From: an uncultured Methanosarcinales archaeon
GTDB lineage: Archaea > Nanobdellota > Nanobdellia > Woesearchaeales > GW2011-AR9
Reading direction: 5' to 3'
NCBI GenBank assembly: GCA_964344235.1
Contig: CAYFMJ010000002.1
Span: forward strand, 96,001-160,000
DNA length: 64,000 nt
Below the pieces are notes generated by a model. The model did no database searches and was not told where the DNA came from. It worked only from the letters and a program-made list of their open reading frames with translations. Position numbers and translations under genes: made by a program. Below are positions 30,599 through 40,614 of the stretch, one piece after another (position 1 is the first letter of the stretch; each line of letters begins with the position of its first letter).

Positions 30599-31306
30599 TT
30601 ACTTTAATAGAATAACATTTCCACGGCCTTTCTTGACTTTTTCGATCTTACCCTTGTGTTCTAATTCAGTGAGAATTAAACTGACTTTTGCTTCAGAAAG
30701 ATGCAGAAGTTCTTTCCGTAATGCTTTTTGGGAAATTCTGCCATCATGTTTTTTGATGATATCTATTGTTTTTTCTACATACCCTGGTTCGTTGTTGATA
30801 TCTTCTTTGTGCTGTTCAATGGTTTTTTTTTGTTCTTCTTTATGGTGTTGACGGAATTTGCGTAGTGGTCCAAATTTTCTTCTCATATTAAGAAAACGCC
30901 AGAGTAGTAGTAAGATAATAATACCAGCAACCCAATAACGCCAAGTTTGATTTTGAGAAGTAGTTGGCTCTTCCAGAAGATCTTCATCAGTTTCTGCATC
31001 ATCAGTGAAATCAGGTAGGAGGAATAGGTCGTAGAGGAATGTGCCGTCTTTGGTTATCGTTACTTCTTCTGTAATTGTTGTTGAATCTTTCGTTGCGGTG
31101 AGGGTGTATGTTCCTGGGAGGAGATCAAATTGGTAATTCCCGTCTTTTGCTAGGAATTTTTGTTGAGGTTCTGTGTTAATTTCTAATAGTACGTTTGATT
31201 CGAGATCTAAATTAGCGCTGTATACAGAGCCTTTAAGGGTAGCTGCAGAGGCTAGAGGGAAAATAAGTGTTAGGATGATGATTGAGAGGATTAGGGCCCT
31301 TTTCAT
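30599..31306 (-). CDS. Membrane protein with an extracellular Ig-like domain and a cytoplasmic winged helix
   Basis: Signal peptide, beta domain, TM, then GRISQKALRKEL.HLSEAKVSLILTELE.KGKIEKVKKGRGNVI. Confidence 0.8.
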   Translation of the reverse strand: MKRALILSIIILTLIFPLASAATLKGSVYSANLDLESNVLLEINTEPQQKFLAKDGNYQFDLLPGTYTLTATKDSTTITEEVTITKDGTFLYDLFLLPDFTDDAETDEDLLEEPTTSQNQTWRYWVAGIIILLLLWRFLNMRRKFGPLRKFRQHHKEEQKKTIEQHKEDINNEPGYVEKTIDIIKKHDGRISQKALRKELLHLSEAKVSLILTELEHKGKIEKVKKGRGNVILLK

Positions 31307-31436
31307 AGTAAAAATCAATAATTTGTGCTATAAAAACCTATCGCGAGGCGCGTCACTACTCAAAAATACTAAACTTACCGAAAGGTTTAAATAAGAAATG
31401 TTCTCCTAAGACTATAAACATCTATCACCTCTTTTT

Positions 31437-31499
31437 CCCCTGGCCGATTGGGAAGCGAACTCGCACTTCGGTGTGGGCAAGTCACTGGTCGGCCTGGGG
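31437..31499 (+). ncRNA. Candidate small structured RNA (long hairpin with an internal loop and cUUCGg cap)
   Basis: CCCC/GGGG, 10-bp GGCCGATTGG/CTGGTCGGCC with three G-U pairs, and CGCAC-TTCG-GTGTG. The wobble pairs work only on the + strand. TTTAAATA at ~31386. Confidence 0.45.
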
Positions 31500-31506
31500 T
31501 TTGTTT

Positions 31507-31818
31507 TCACTCTACAGATGATTCTATCCACTCTAAGAAGTCTTGATTACCATCTAATGGATGCAGGGCAATAATTGGACAAATATCACTATGTAATTCT
31601 CGCACTGCTGCAATGATTTTGTCTTTATTTTCCATCACAGAAAACGCGCCGATGTTCCAATAGATTTTTTCTACAATTTGGTTGTCCCACCAGTAGTGGC
31701 TTTTTCCATTGTATATCATCGTGCCGGCTACTAATTTTCGTTTAACGAGCTCTTTAGAGATTGTGTTCGCTTCTTCCTCATTTGGTGCACTAATTCGTAC
31801 TCTACAATATGTTCTCAT
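31507..31818 (-). CDS. cutA: Divalent-cation tolerance protein CutA
   Basis: Start at 31818 overlaps the upstream stop (ATGA). EEANTISKELVKRKLVAG...SHYWW...VRELHSDICPII. Confidence 0.8.
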   Translation of the reverse strand: MRTYCRVRISAPNEEEANTISKELVKRKLVAGTMIYNGKSHYWWDNQIVEKIYWNIGAFSVMENKDKIIAAVRELHSDICPIIALHPLDGNQDFLEWIESSVE

Positions 31819-33623
31819 TTCTTTCTCCTCTTTGTTGTTTTTCGTTTTCTCCTTTTCTTTTTTTGGAGTAATAATGGTTTCATCCAAAGGATAAGAAAGA
31901 CGAGAATTACCCCGGCTACAAAACCTTCAAATGCTGCGATCATTTCTGACGTTACTTGAGGTGGCGTTTGTGTGATGTAATTTGGTTCATTCTCTGAGGG
32001 GAAGTAAATTCCTAGTTCACTCATCTCTAACGCATATTCCATGTACACTAGTGCTGTAATCTTTTCTGTTTCTTGTAATGACTGAGCGTATTGGTAATAG
32101 GAATAGCCTAAGATTGGAAAGGTGTCTTCAGCGCTGTTTTCTGCAATGACTCGTTCCGCTGCTTGTAATTTGCTCTGGAAAAAACCATCAATGGTATCAT
32201 TCTCTAAGCCAAGAGTACTGAGGACTGCATTCGCATCGGCTTTTGCTTGAGAAGCGGTGATAAGACATAATGCAAATTCTTGCTGTTGTAATGCAGTTCT
32301 AGCAGTATCAATTTTTTCTTGAATACTGAGTAGATGTAAAGGGGAGAGGTATAATTCTGCATATTGTTTTCGTTGTTCAGATTCTGATATTTTTTGAATA
32401 CAGGTGTTCTCAAGAATTTCTTTATCTAAATTGAATTTTTTTCCGTCAAGAGAGAAAAATTGCATCCATGATAACGCAGAAAAGTACCGTTCTTCTGTGT
32501 ACGCTAGTAAGCTGTAAAAGTTTTGAATCGGTTCTGTGGGGTTACGTTCTTCAAATTTTGTGATTTGATCCCGTACGTCACTAATCCTCTCTTTCACAAT
32601 CATGAGTGTTTGTAAATCTCCTATTGTATCAATCGTTTGTTGTTCTAGTTTCTTTTCAAGAATGTTTGTCTTTTGCTCAACTTGCTTGAGTAGCTCTGTT
32701 ACTTTTGCAGCACTTGGTTGCCGTTGTTGATAATAATATGTCTTGAGATCTATATTCGTGCCGAAGCAGAAACTCGCTGCAGAGTAGAAATCATTAGAGT
32801 TAGTTGCATTTATTGCATCCTCCTTCTTTTGTGTTACGGTGGTGAGAATCTCTCCAGTAATGATGACGTTGTTTTGTTGTGCTTCTTGTTCTATTTTTTC
32901 GGTTCGTTCACATAATACTTCTTGCAAGCCAGTCATGATGTCAATATAGCGTTCATTTTCTACAATAGAGAATTCTTTGTGGTTTAAATCTAAACCCGTA
33001 AAATGAAACACCACTTCGTTGATCGTTGAGACTTCAATGACAACGAGGTTGAAATTTTCTTTTGCATACTCTATAAGGTTAAGCGGTTCTGTCTGATTAT
33101 CAATAGCTGGTTGGGTGGCAGTTCCTTGTGGGATAAGAACTTTAGTAATACCTGCTCCTGCAGCAGCTTCGATTTTTTCTTTAATTCCTCCAACAGCGCC
33201 GATGATCCCACCAGAGTTAATAGTTCCTGTGACTGCAACTTTATCGTTGTATTCTAAGTCTAATGTTGCAATTGTTGTTAGCGCAGCGATGGCGGCGCCA
33301 GCACTTGGTCCACCAATAATATTAGATTTTGCTTTGATGGTGTAAATAAAATCGTTATTGTTGCAATTAAGATTGAAATGTTTACATGCTATCTCTTTGG
33401 CAAATCGTGTGGAGATTTGGGTGTCCATTCTGGTAACAGGAAATGTGTCTAAGAAAACCCTGCCCGATCCGTCTTTCAGTTCGAGGAATAAATCTGCATC
33501 ACTGCCGACAATATGCATTGGATCTTCCTGTACAGCTAAGAGTTTAAGTTGGTATGTATCTTGCTGTGCTACTGCTAATGGAGTGAGTAGTAATAACAGT
33601 GCAAGGAAGAAGTATTTTTTCAT
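31815..33623 (-). CDS. Archaeal Lon-like (S16) serine protease without an AAA domain, membrane-anchored
   Basis: IGGPSAGAAIA (catalytic Ser), TGTINSGGIIGAVGGIKEKIEAA (catalytic Lys); signal peptide and C-terminal TM. Confidence 0.85.
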   Translation of the reverse strand: MKKYFFLALLLLLTPLAVAQQDTYQLKLLAVQEDPMHIVGSDADLFLELKDGSGRVFLDTFPVTRMDTQISTRFAKEIACKHFNLNCNNNDFIYTIKAKSNIIGGPSAGAAIAALTTIATLDLEYNDKVAVTGTINSGGIIGAVGGIKEKIEAAAGAGITKVLIPQGTATQPAIDNQTEPLNLIEYAKENFNLVVIEVSTINEVVFHFTGLDLNHKEFSIVENERYIDIMTGLQEVLCERTEKIEQEAQQNNVIITGEILTTVTQKKEDAINATNSNDFYSAASFCFGTNIDLKTYYYQQRQPSAAKVTELLKQVEQKTNILEKKLEQQTIDTIGDLQTLMIVKERISDVRDQITKFEERNPTEPIQNFYSLLAYTEERYFSALSWMQFFSLDGKKFNLDKEILENTCIQKISESEQRKQYAELYLSPLHLLSIQEKIDTARTALQQQEFALCLITASQAKADANAVLSTLGLENDTIDGFFQSKLQAAERVIAENSAEDTFPILGYSYYQYAQSLQETEKITALVYMEYALEMSELGIYFPSENEPNYITQTPPQVTSEMIAAFEGFVAGVILVFLILWMKPLLLQKKKRRKRKTTKRRKK

Positions 33624-33705
33624 AATGTTTTGATTTTTTCATGGTTAATAAAGATTGTTGTGATATAGCAGAAAGACTGATAAACAGTAAAAATATTGTT
33701 CCGTT

Positions 33706-34656
33706 GTGGCACGGAAAAAGAAGGTGGGTATAGCGTTAGGTTCTGGAGCAGCTCGAGGATTAGTTCACATTGGTGTGTTGAAAGAGTTGGAGAAGAGAGG
33801 GATTAAGCTGGATTATATTGCTGGCACGTCAATGGGGGCTGTGATTGGGGCGTTGTATGCATCTGGTAAAACTCCTAAAGAGTTGGAAGAGATTGCTCAG
33901 ACAACTGATTGGAAAAGTATTGTTGATTTTACAATTCCTAAACGCGGTTTGTTGAAGGGAGAGTTAGTTGAGAAGAAATTGCGGTCATTGTTAGGTGGGA
34001 AGTCGTTCGGTCGTTTGAAAGTTCCGTTGCAAGTTGCTGCGTATGATATGACAAAGAATGAACCAGTAGTATTTTCAAGGGGAGATGTTGCACGGGCAGT
34101 GCGGGCATCGAGTTCTATTCCTGGGATTTTTTCACCGGTAAGAATTAAAGGGAGTTCATATGTGGATGGGGTGTTAGTTAATCCAACGCCGTTTGATGTT
34201 GTTCGGGAGATGGGTGCGAATGTTGTGATAGCAGTTGATTTATATGATAAGGCTTCTAGTAGGAAAAGGGAAGAAGGGTATATGCGTGAGTTACGGGAGA
34301 AGTTTATTGTTGATGAATTGTTGAATGTGCGGAACTATTTATTCCCAAAACGGTGGCCCCGGTTTTTGCGTAATACTTTGTTGTGGTTGTTTGATAAAGT
34401 AATGTATCCTGCTCGCGTGATGAAGATTATGGCGGGAAGAGAGTTACCGGAGATTGCGAAAGTGATGTATAATTCGTTTGGGATAGTTGCGGATAATTTT
34501 GCAAAGGAACGGATGAAGAATGCTGATGTTGATATTATTGTGGCACCCACGTTTTCCCGTTTACAATGGTCAGATTTTGATAAAGTGGATGAGTTTGTTG
34601 CATTAGGAGAGAAATCGATGCAGAAAGAGATGAGGAAGCTTACGAAATTGCTTTGA
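33706..34656 (+). CDS. Patatin-like phospholipase
   Basis: LGSGAARG, GTSMG nucleophile elbow, VDGV. Confidence 0.9.
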   Translation: MARKKKVGIALGSGAARGLVHIGVLKELEKRGIKLDYIAGTSMGAVIGALYASGKTPKELEEIAQTTDWKSIVDFTIPKRGLLKGELVEKKLRSLLGGKSFGRLKVPLQVAAYDMTKNEPVVFSRGDVARAVRASSSIPGIFSPVRIKGSSYVDGVLVNPTPFDVVREMGANVVIAVDLYDKASSRKREEGYMRELREKFIVDELLNVRNYLFPKRWPRFLRNTLLWLFDKVMYPARVMKIMAGRELPEIAKVMYNSFGIVADNFAKERMKNADVDIIVAPTFSRLQWSDFDKVDEFVALGEKSMQKEMRKLTKLL

Positions 34657-35092
34657 TTTGTTTCCTATCTTTATGTTTGACGTGGATTTTTTTACCGGTT
34701 GTTTTGTTTTGTAGAAAAATGTCTTTAGTTACCGATTTTACAATGTATTCTTCTCCTTGGTAGATGACGTTATCATCTTTTTTGAATGGGTGTTGTCGGA
34801 AGAGGATTGTTAATCTGTAGAGTTCTTTGTCTTTCTTTTTTGTGTGAAGCGTGGAAGTGATTGTTAATTCCCCACTGAAGTGTTTTTGGATAGCTTTGCC
34901 AACTTTTTTTGTGAGGTCATTACTTTTGGTGAAATAATCTTTGCCGTTTTTGAGTGTAGCTATTTTTGCAACACCTAATTTTAGTTTCATAATTTCTTTT
35001 TCTGCGAATTGGATGACTTCTTTGGAAACGTCTCTCAGTTGGAGAATGCATTCATAATAGTTTGATGCTTTATCTGTTTGGTAATCTGGCAT
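34640..35092 (-). CDS. NMD3-related protein (short archaeal form)
   Basis: YYECILQLR...GKDYF...KHFSGELTITSTLHT....ELYRLTILFR; the likely start is 35092. Confidence 0.65.
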   Translation of the reverse strand: MPDYQTDKASNYYECILQLRDVSKEVIQFAEKEIMKLKLGVAKIATLKNGKDYFTKSNDLTKKVGKAIQKHFSGELTITSTLHTKKKDKELYRLTILFRQHPFKKDDNVIYQGEEYIVKSVTKDIFLQNKTTGKKIHVKHKDRKQIKAIS

Positions 35093-35117
35093 GAGGGTTA
35101 GAGTATTTTGTTGTTTT

Positions 35118-35399
35118 TTAATGTTTTGAATAAATATTATCATGATGATCTAATTTGTAAAAAATTATTTTATCTTCTGATTTGATATGCTTAAAAATTA
35201 AAACAAAAGAACTTCTAATATGAACTCTTTTAAACTCTTGCAATGGTTTTCTTAAATTTTTGTAGTGATTCACATCAATACAATTAAGAATCTCTTCAAA
35301 TTTTTTCATCACTGATTCATACAGTGGTTTATTTTTTTTAGAAATCTTACTCAACATTTTCTTTAGGTCATCTTCTATTAAAAATTCACGCATTTTCAA
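35118..35399 (-). CDS. RelE/YafQ-family toxin
   Basis: HYKNLRKPLQEFKRVHIRSSFVLIF...IIFYKLDHHDNIY. Confidence 0.85.
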   Translation of the reverse strand: MKMREFLIEDDLKKMLSKISKKNKPLYESVMKKFEEILNCIDVNHYKNLRKPLQEFKRVHIRSSFVLIFKHIKSEDKIIFYKLDHHDNIYSKH

Positions 35400-35631
35400 T
35401 ATCTGACCTTAAAGAATCCATACTCTTATATTTTTTGAAATCTCCTTTCTTTTCTAGATTTTTTATATCCTTAATAAATTCTGGTTTTAATTGAGGTTCA
35501 AGTAAATCTTCTTCAAACCTATCAATTACGAAATTAATGGCTTCAGATTTGGTTTTAAATCCATATTTACCTTTAACAATAGTTAGAACTCTATCCTCAT
35601 ATTCTCCAATATTTATTATCGCTTGGACCAT
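35386..35631 (-). CDS. Ribbon-helix-helix-type antitoxin
   Basis: MVQAIINIGEYEDRVLTIVKGKYGFKTKSEAIN...LKPEF; lies upstream of and overlaps the toxin gene. Confidence 0.8.
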   Translation of the reverse strand: MVQAIINIGEYEDRVLTIVKGKYGFKTKSEAINFVIDRFEEDLLEPQLKPEFIKDIKNLEKKGDFKKYKSMDSLRSDIENA

Positions 35632-35845
35632 TTTATTATTTTTTATAATGATAAATAATGTTTTATTATATAATCTTTTCTGTTTTTTCTAAGAGGTCTA
35701 ATAAAAAGATTTGGGTGAAAAATTTCTGGGTGGGTTCTTGCCGCGAACTTCTTCAAAAAAATTGTTTCGGTCAATTCTTTTCGGTTTGTGATTAGTAAAC
35801 GATCGAATTCTAAACTCTTTCGTAATGTTTATTAAGTTATGGTAA

Positions 35846-36148
35846 TTGGTTTCACAAATGAACTCAGAGGTGGCTTCTAGAATACGTTATGCTGGTTGCG
35901 ATCGTTCTATCTTCCCATATATTTTTTATGAAGATGCAGTTGCGGGTTTAGTTGGTGCATCGGACCATTTTGAAGAAGAGTTTCACGTTAGGAGAATAAG
36001 AGAAGGATATATCCAGATGAGTCGGAATTATATTCTTGATGCGCGGGGACTTGTATTGCCCAGACGAGACCCTTTGCTTGAAGAAGATACGCCTGCATGG
36101 AGTTATGTTATGGATGAGTCAGAGAGGGTTCAGAAGGATTCTCAGTAA
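35846..36148 (+). CDS. Hypothetical protein
   Basis: ORF with an upstream TATA-like TTTATTAA; no motif recognised. Confidence 0.45.
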   Translation: MVSQMNSEVASRIRYAGCDRSIFPYIFYEDAVAGLVGASDHFEEEFHVRRIREGYIQMSRNYILDARGLVLPRRDPLLEEDTPAWSYVMDESERVQKDSQ

Positions 36149-36328
36149 GTGTTACGCTTTCGGGTTTGAGGTATTAACATATTGCAAAATGAGCATTGAT
36201 TTTTCTTTCTCAGTGGGTAATTGTACAAATACACTGTTCTGACTTATAAAACTAATCTCTTCTTCTTGTCAAACCAACCCTACTTGGGAGTAACAAACTT
36301 TAAATATGTGGGCTAATTTTTATCCAAA

Positions 36329-36949
36329 ATGTCTTGTAGGCTTGAGGTAGACCTATTACATCCTGATGAAGAGATTTTTGCAGAGGGGACTAAGTGGTTG
36401 AAAGAAATTGTGGAAGATATGTTGGGCTTTATTCCAGACATCCATGTTCCTCGCCCACTTATACAACCAAATTATCTTGAAGTATCTTACATCCAGGGGC
36501 GCCCGTCAACAATTTCTCTTCACCGAGTCGACCTTGACTATTCTAATGTGACAGCTCTCCTACAGGATAATTTAGAGGATTATGATGATATTAGAGAGGC
36601 CCTTGATGCTCTAGAAGATGACCCTCCTGCTACTACATGGGTATTTGAATTTTCTGCACAAAGAGGGATACTCAAGCGAGCATCGTATCACCGAGGCGAT
36701 TGGAGGGGATCTGATTTTAGGTGGCCTGATACAAGAGAAATGCTGGTTGGAGCAAGAGATATGGGTGCTGTGCCCCATGTTGTTAGGGAAGCATACAAAA
36801 CTGTTGATCGTGTTGCAGATAAACTTCAAAAACTTTCAGCCGATGGATCATTACTAACAACACATCGGGACAAGTGTGCTCAGATGCTTAGATATATGCA
36901 GAAATTGTGCGATAAAGATGTAAGAGTAGGTTTTCTTGCATCACTTTAG
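36329..36949 (+). CDS. Hypothetical protein
   Basis: 206-aa ORF; TTTAAATA about 25 nt upstream. Confidence 0.6.
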   Translation: MSCRLEVDLLHPDEEIFAEGTKWLKEIVEDMLGFIPDIHVPRPLIQPNYLEVSYIQGRPSTISLHRVDLDYSNVTALLQDNLEDYDDIREALDALEDDPPATTWVFEFSAQRGILKRASYHRGDWRGSDFRWPDTREMLVGARDMGAVPHVVREAYKTVDRVADKLQKLSADGSLLTTHRDKCAQMLRYMQKLCDKDVRVGFLASL

Positions 36950-37085
36950 ATAAAACTTTTGAAAGTAATATTGAGGGAGGATTCATCTCTTTTGTAAATA
37001 GTCATACTAAGAATAAATACATTGTTTTTAGCCTAAACCGTTTATAGAGAATAATTTATACAGAGAAATTTAAGAGAATTATACC

Positions 37086-37295
37086 TTACTCTTGTGGCTG
37101 ATCACTCTCTAGCTCAAGTTTCACAATGACAGCTCTAAGGTCATCTCCCACCCTTTGCCAATCTCGGCCTATGGCTTTCATAGTGTCTTCTAACCGTATG
37201 GTCTCGTAGGTAAGGGGTTCAGGAAATAATGTTATGTTGGAAGCAACCTGGTAGATTACTTGTGCCCCCCTCTTAATGTATTCGATTACTCCCAT
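37086..37295 (-). CDS. Small hypothetical protein
   Basis: 69-aa ORF with TATA-like TTAAATA upstream. Confidence 0.45.
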   Translation of the reverse strand: MGVIEYIKRGAQVIYQVASNITLFPEPLTYETIRLEDTMKAIGRDWQRVGDDLRAVIVKLELESDQPQE

Positions 37296-37454
37296 TTGGA
37301 TCAGGAGGGAGGAATACTATTTAAGAATTTCTCAAAAAACAATTCTGTGTGGGATGAATATCCCTCTAGGATTCACTCAATTACACATAAACCTCTAAAT
37401 CATTCATAAAAATATAATGAAGTTTTCACTTATAAAAATATTGTAGATAACCCC

Positions 37455-37838
37455 TCAAATACTATCAAACCATTCTGAAAATGACTGAGGGATCTCTGCT
37501 CCATTAAATTTTCCATTCTCATAAACTGCCCACGATCCACTCCATCTCCAACCGTTAGACCAATCAAAGTGTTCTACTAAGAAAGGGTCAGACATTTTAG
37601 TTCCAATTTCCTGTCTGGAGAATATTTTTGTGATTGTCCAGCTATTAGAACCTGTTTGACCAATACAATATTTGTTTCCATAATATATAGACCACGCTAC
37701 ACTTTCACAAAGGCGAGGATCATATCTATTCCCAGGAGTGCCTACTTCACTAACAACTTTTCCAACTCTACTCATCAGGTCTTCTACTTCTTTGCGTAAG
37801 TGCAGTTTTGTGGGTTTAGATATTCTTCTCTCTTCCAT
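37455..37838 (-). CDS. Hypothetical Trp-rich protein
   Basis: 127-aa ORF; no motif recognised. Confidence 0.5.
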   Translation of the reverse strand: MEERRISKPTKLHLRKEVEDLMSRVGKVVSEVGTPGNRYDPRLCESVAWSIYYGNKYCIGQTGSNSWTITKIFSRQEIGTKMSDPFLVEHFDWSNGWRWSGSWAVYENGKFNGAEIPQSFSEWFDSI

Positions 37839-37923
37839 AGTCTTTCCAATAAACTTTAACTGTTATTTTTTTGTCCTCCTTTTGAGGACAACATTTATAA
37901 ATGCACATTTTTAATGTGGACCT

Positions 37924-38658
37924 ATGATTCAAGCTTTAGAAGAAGCAGGACTAACTAAAAATGAAATTACAGCCTACACCGCATTATTAGAGTTGGGGAC
38001 TTCAGCTGCTGGTACTCTTACAAAAAAAACAAGAATGCATCGCTCTCGTGTTTATGAGGCATTAGATCGGTTGATATCTAAAGGGCTTGTTTCTCACAAG
38101 ATCAAAGGAAACGTAAAACATTTTGAAGCACAAAGTCCTGAAATTATTATTGATATATTAGAAGAGAAAAAGAAGAAAGTACAAAGGGTTATTCCAAAGC
38201 TAAAGGCTTTGCAAATAGAGAAACCAGGACTTCAAAAAGCAAATGTTTTTGAAGGCTACAATGGTTTGAAAACTGTCATTGGAAATGCCATAAATATTCT
38301 TGACAAAGGAGAAGAAGTGTATATCTTTGGGGCGCGTTCAGGCCAAGATGCTAAGCCTGAAATATGGCGTATATTTTTCAAGCAAGTAAATAAAAATAGG
38401 TTGCAAAAAGGAATCAAGTATAAAGTTATCTTCAATGAAGATCTCAGAGGGAGTGAGGTTGCCACAACATTCAAAAATAGTAAACTTACTGAAATTAAAT
38501 ATATTAATCAACATACCCCTGCCGGAATTAATATTCATGGCGATAATGTAGCTATTGTAAATTGGGATAAATTGGTAACATTTCTTATTACTAGTAAAGA
38601 AGTTGCAGACTCGTTTAAGGAATACTTTAAAATTATGTGGAAGCAGGCTAAAAAATAG
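37924..38658 (+). CDS. TrmB-family transcriptional regulator
   Basis: GLTKNEITAYTALLELG...RSRVYEALDRLISKGLV winged HTH plus a C-terminal effector domain. Confidence 0.85.
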   Translation: MIQALEEAGLTKNEITAYTALLELGTSAAGTLTKKTRMHRSRVYEALDRLISKGLVSHKIKGNVKHFEAQSPEIIIDILEEKKKKVQRVIPKLKALQIEKPGLQKANVFEGYNGLKTVIGNAINILDKGEEVYIFGARSGQDAKPEIWRIFFKQVNKNRLQKGIKYKVIFNEDLRGSEVATTFKNSKLTEIKYINQHTPAGINIHGDNVAIVNWDKLVTFLITSKEVADSFKEYFKIMWKQAKK

Positions 38659-38738
38659 TCCACCTGAAATCAATAAACAAATCACCTCTGCAAAAAGTAG
38701 GGAGTTAATTATTTAAAACAACTGACAAAAAACATTCT

Positions 38739-39884
38739 ATGTTATCACAAGAAGCGAAAGCAGAGTTAGAGAAGCAAGCGTACAGAGTAGTTGGTAGTCA
38801 TAGTGCTGTTAAAACGTGCGGTTGGACGAAGAATATGATTAACGGTCAGGGTGGCTGTTACAAACTTAAGTTCTACGGCATTATGTCCAACCAATGTATG
38901 CAAATGACGACTTCTATTAGCTGTGCAAACAGGTGTACATTTTGTTGGCGGGGGTATAAAGCGCCTGTCAGTAAAGACTGGAAATGGGAAACAGACGATC
39001 CACAGATGATTCATGAGCAATCGTTGGAAGCACATCATAAATTATTGGTTGGGTTTAAAGGATCTGATAAAGCTAACAAGAGAGCGTATGAGAAAAGTTT
39101 AGGGGTGAAACATGTTGCATTGTCATTAACTGGAGAACCAATATTTTATCCGAAAATAAATGAGTCAATTGAATTGTTTGATAAAGATGGTATTAGCACG
39201 TTTCTTGTAACAAATGGCCAGTATCCTGAACAGATTAAGAATTTGAAACCAATCACGCAGTTGTATATTTCGATTGACGCTCCAACGAAGGAAATGCTGA
39301 AAGAAGTGGATGTACCATTGTTTGCAGATTATTGGGAGCGATTGAATACGTCGTTAGATTATTTGAAAGAGAAGAAAGAAAGAACATGTGTTCGGCTAAC
39401 AGTGATTAAAGATATGAATGATTCCCATGTTGATAAGTATGCAGAATTGATTAACCGTGGGAGGAGTGATTTTATTGAAGTGAAAGCGTATATGCACGTT
39501 GGTCCGTCACAGGAGAGGTTAAGCAGAGAGAATATGCCGCTCCATGAAGAAGTGGTTGCGTTTAGTAAAAAGTTGGCAGCGTATTTAGATGATTATGAAA
39601 TCGTTTCAGAACATATTCCTTCACGTGTGGTAATGTTTGCGCGGAAAGAGTATAAGAGAGATGGTGTGTGGTGTACGTGGATTGATTTCCCCAAATGGAG
39701 CGAGGAAGTTGTGAAAGGTGAAGGTGTAGAGGCTGCAGAGTATTCCATCAAAACGCCGCAAGTTGGGTTGAGTGGTAAAGGAACATTAGATAATGTTCCT
39801 GTTGAAGTTCGGGAGAAGTTGATGAAAGAACGTGGGATCTTTGTCGATGAGGAAACGGAAGAATTGAGTTTTTATGAAGAATGA
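38739..39884 (+). CDS. taw1: 4-demethylwyosine synthase Taw1/TYW1 (radical SAM)
   Basis: HSAVKTCGWT, CYKLKFYGI, CANRCTFCWR, ALSLTGEP, FIEVKAYMHVG. Confidence 0.95.
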   Translation: MLSQEAKAELEKQAYRVVGSHSAVKTCGWTKNMINGQGGCYKLKFYGIMSNQCMQMTTSISCANRCTFCWRGYKAPVSKDWKWETDDPQMIHEQSLEAHHKLLVGFKGSDKANKRAYEKSLGVKHVALSLTGEPIFYPKINESIELFDKDGISTFLVTNGQYPEQIKNLKPITQLYISIDAPTKEMLKEVDVPLFADYWERLNTSLDYLKEKKERTCVRLTVIKDMNDSHVDKYAELINRGRSDFIEVKAYMHVGPSQERLSRENMPLHEEVVAFSKKLAAYLDDYEIVSEHIPSRVVMFARKEYKRDGVWCTWIDFPKWSEEVVKGEGVEAAEYSIKTPQVGLSGKGTLDNVPVEVREKLMKERGIFVDEETEELSFYEE

Positions 39885-39924
39885 ACTCCAACATCTTTAT
39901 ATTGTCATTTATATTCTTTAAACC

Positions 39925-40566
39925 ATGTACAAAGTAGAACTTAAAATTTATCATAAGACGTGTTGGGGATCTGAGATTGGCCTGAAGTTTCCTCAATACC
40001 GGTTGTCATCGGTGGATTGTCGTTGGATTAAGAACCAAGTAGTTCATATTCTATTGGCTCGTGGTGATCCCGCTAATTTTACAAGGATAATACAGTATCT
40101 TGAGCAGAGAAAAGATGTGTCCAAAGTTGAGGTTCTTAGTGAAGATGATCAAAGTCTTTATCTAAGGGTTTTAACGACGAGGAATAAACGTAGGACACAA
40201 TTCTCAGACTTCTTTTTCGAGCATAATTGCTTTCCCGTAGTGCCGACGCGATTTGAAGGGAAGTACGAACTATGGACTTTGGGGACTGCTGATAAAAAAA
40301 ATATAACTGTAGTATATAATTTGTTGAAGAAACACCATCCTACAAAGATCAGTTCTCTTAAAGAAGAGAAAATGGAGAATGCACTCACCAAGAAACAGCG
40401 AGAAGTGCTTAACTACGCTCGCCACTTTGGCTACTATGAGTGGCCTCGAAAAAAGTCTGTAAGTGAGATTTGTGCATTGGTGAATATTCCAAAAACCGTC
40501 TTTTTATCTCATCTTAGGAAAGCGGAAAATAAAGTGATGCTACATTTCTCGTCTCAGAGAGGATAG
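39925..40566 (+). CDS. Bat/HTH-10-type transcriptional regulator
   Basis: C-terminal LTKKQREVLNYARHFGYYEWPRK.SVSEI...HLRKAE. Confidence 0.85.
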   Translation: MYKVELKIYHKTCWGSEIGLKFPQYRLSSVDCRWIKNQVVHILLARGDPANFTRIIQYLEQRKDVSKVEVLSEDDQSLYLRVLTTRNKRRTQFSDFFFEHNCFPVVPTRFEGKYELWTLGTADKKNITVVYNLLKKHHPTKISSLKEEKMENALTKKQREVLNYARHFGYYEWPRKKSVSEICALVNIPKTVFLSHLRKAENKVMLHFSSQRG

Positions 40567-40614
40567 ACTATGGTCTACAACAATTTAATATGTCGGTGGT
40601 TGTTTTAGTTCGTT

